Source: Octopus vulgaris (Eukaryota). From it: a DNA stretch of 64,000 nucleotides. Made by a program: the position numbers and the translations under genes. A model generated the notes under the pieces. It searched no databases, was not told the origin of the DNA, and saw only the letters and a list, made by a program, of their open reading frames with translations. The stretch covers positions 174,344,001 through 174,408,000 of the forward strand of contig OX597814.1 of the NCBI GenBank assembly GCA_951406725.2, written 5' to 3'. Shown one piece after another: positions 63,509-64,000 of the stretch (positions are counted from its first letter, which is position 1; each line of letters starts with the position of its first letter).

Positions 63509-64000
63509 TGTGTATATATATATGCGTATATGTGTGTGTGTGTATATATATGTATATGTATATTGTCCTTGTATATATATGTATATTCTGTTATAATTTC
63601 TTGCCCGCAAGTTTCTTACGCTCATGTCTACCTTCTGTACCCACTATAATTCCGTATCTTGCCCGTGTGCGGGAATGGATCTTTTTGTTATACCTGTGTC
63701 TGTGCATATACATACTTTTGTGTATAGGCATAGGGATCTACTCCCCCATGTGCGTGGGTGTGGGCGTGAGTGCAGGTATATACATATTTCTGCCCACACG
63801 CATAGATTCACTTCATCTTGTACATGCGTGTAAGTGCGAGTGTGCCTATATGAATGCATGTGCGTGTATGTATATATGTACGTATGCGCGTCGGTTCGTG
63901 TACCCAACTACATGCGCCTTTTTCCATATATATCTGTATATGTTTACACGAGAGTACGTATGTATGCTTGTATGCGTGTAGTTGCGTATGCGTGCGTATA

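Larger units (their letters stand above)
59820..64000. mobile_element. Penelope-like element with inverted pseudo-LTR, runs off the window
   Basis: 60686-62061 is the reverse complement of 62631-64000; GIY-YIG fragment in the spacer; hammerhead in the left arm. Confidence 0.85.

Noticed and set aside
60496-63981. Many overlapping ORFs rich in Y/I/V/C/H/T
   Set aside because: Translations of (TA)n/(CA)n microsatellites within the inverted pLTR arms.

Overview
AT-rich, microsatellite- and SINE-dense animal genomic DNA. The repeat landscape suggests a cephalopod such as Octopus; that is an inference. Positions 3302-33834 hold 19 phase-consistent exons of a choline transporter-like gene (SLC44/CTL2-4-5 type, about 635 aa, N-terminus missing). 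One intron is U12-type, and two candidate non-canonical upstream exons lie at 389-529 and 1900-1940. The right half is intergenic. It has an RTE-type LINE with an intact 1055-aa APE+RT ORF, several truncated RTE copies, Tc1/mariner fossils, TTAA MITEs and four SINE families. That ORF carries a C4HC3 PHD-like finger inside the RT region and a possible 5' spliceosomal intron. The most striking system is six fold-back (inverted-repeat) elements with arms from about 55 bp to >1.3 kb. Three carry outward-facing minimal type-I hammerhead ribozymes, three carry degenerate or partial ones, and two Penelope-like GIY-YIG remnants lie nearby. A GC-rich insert at 10422-10569 holds hammerhead strands in scrambled order.
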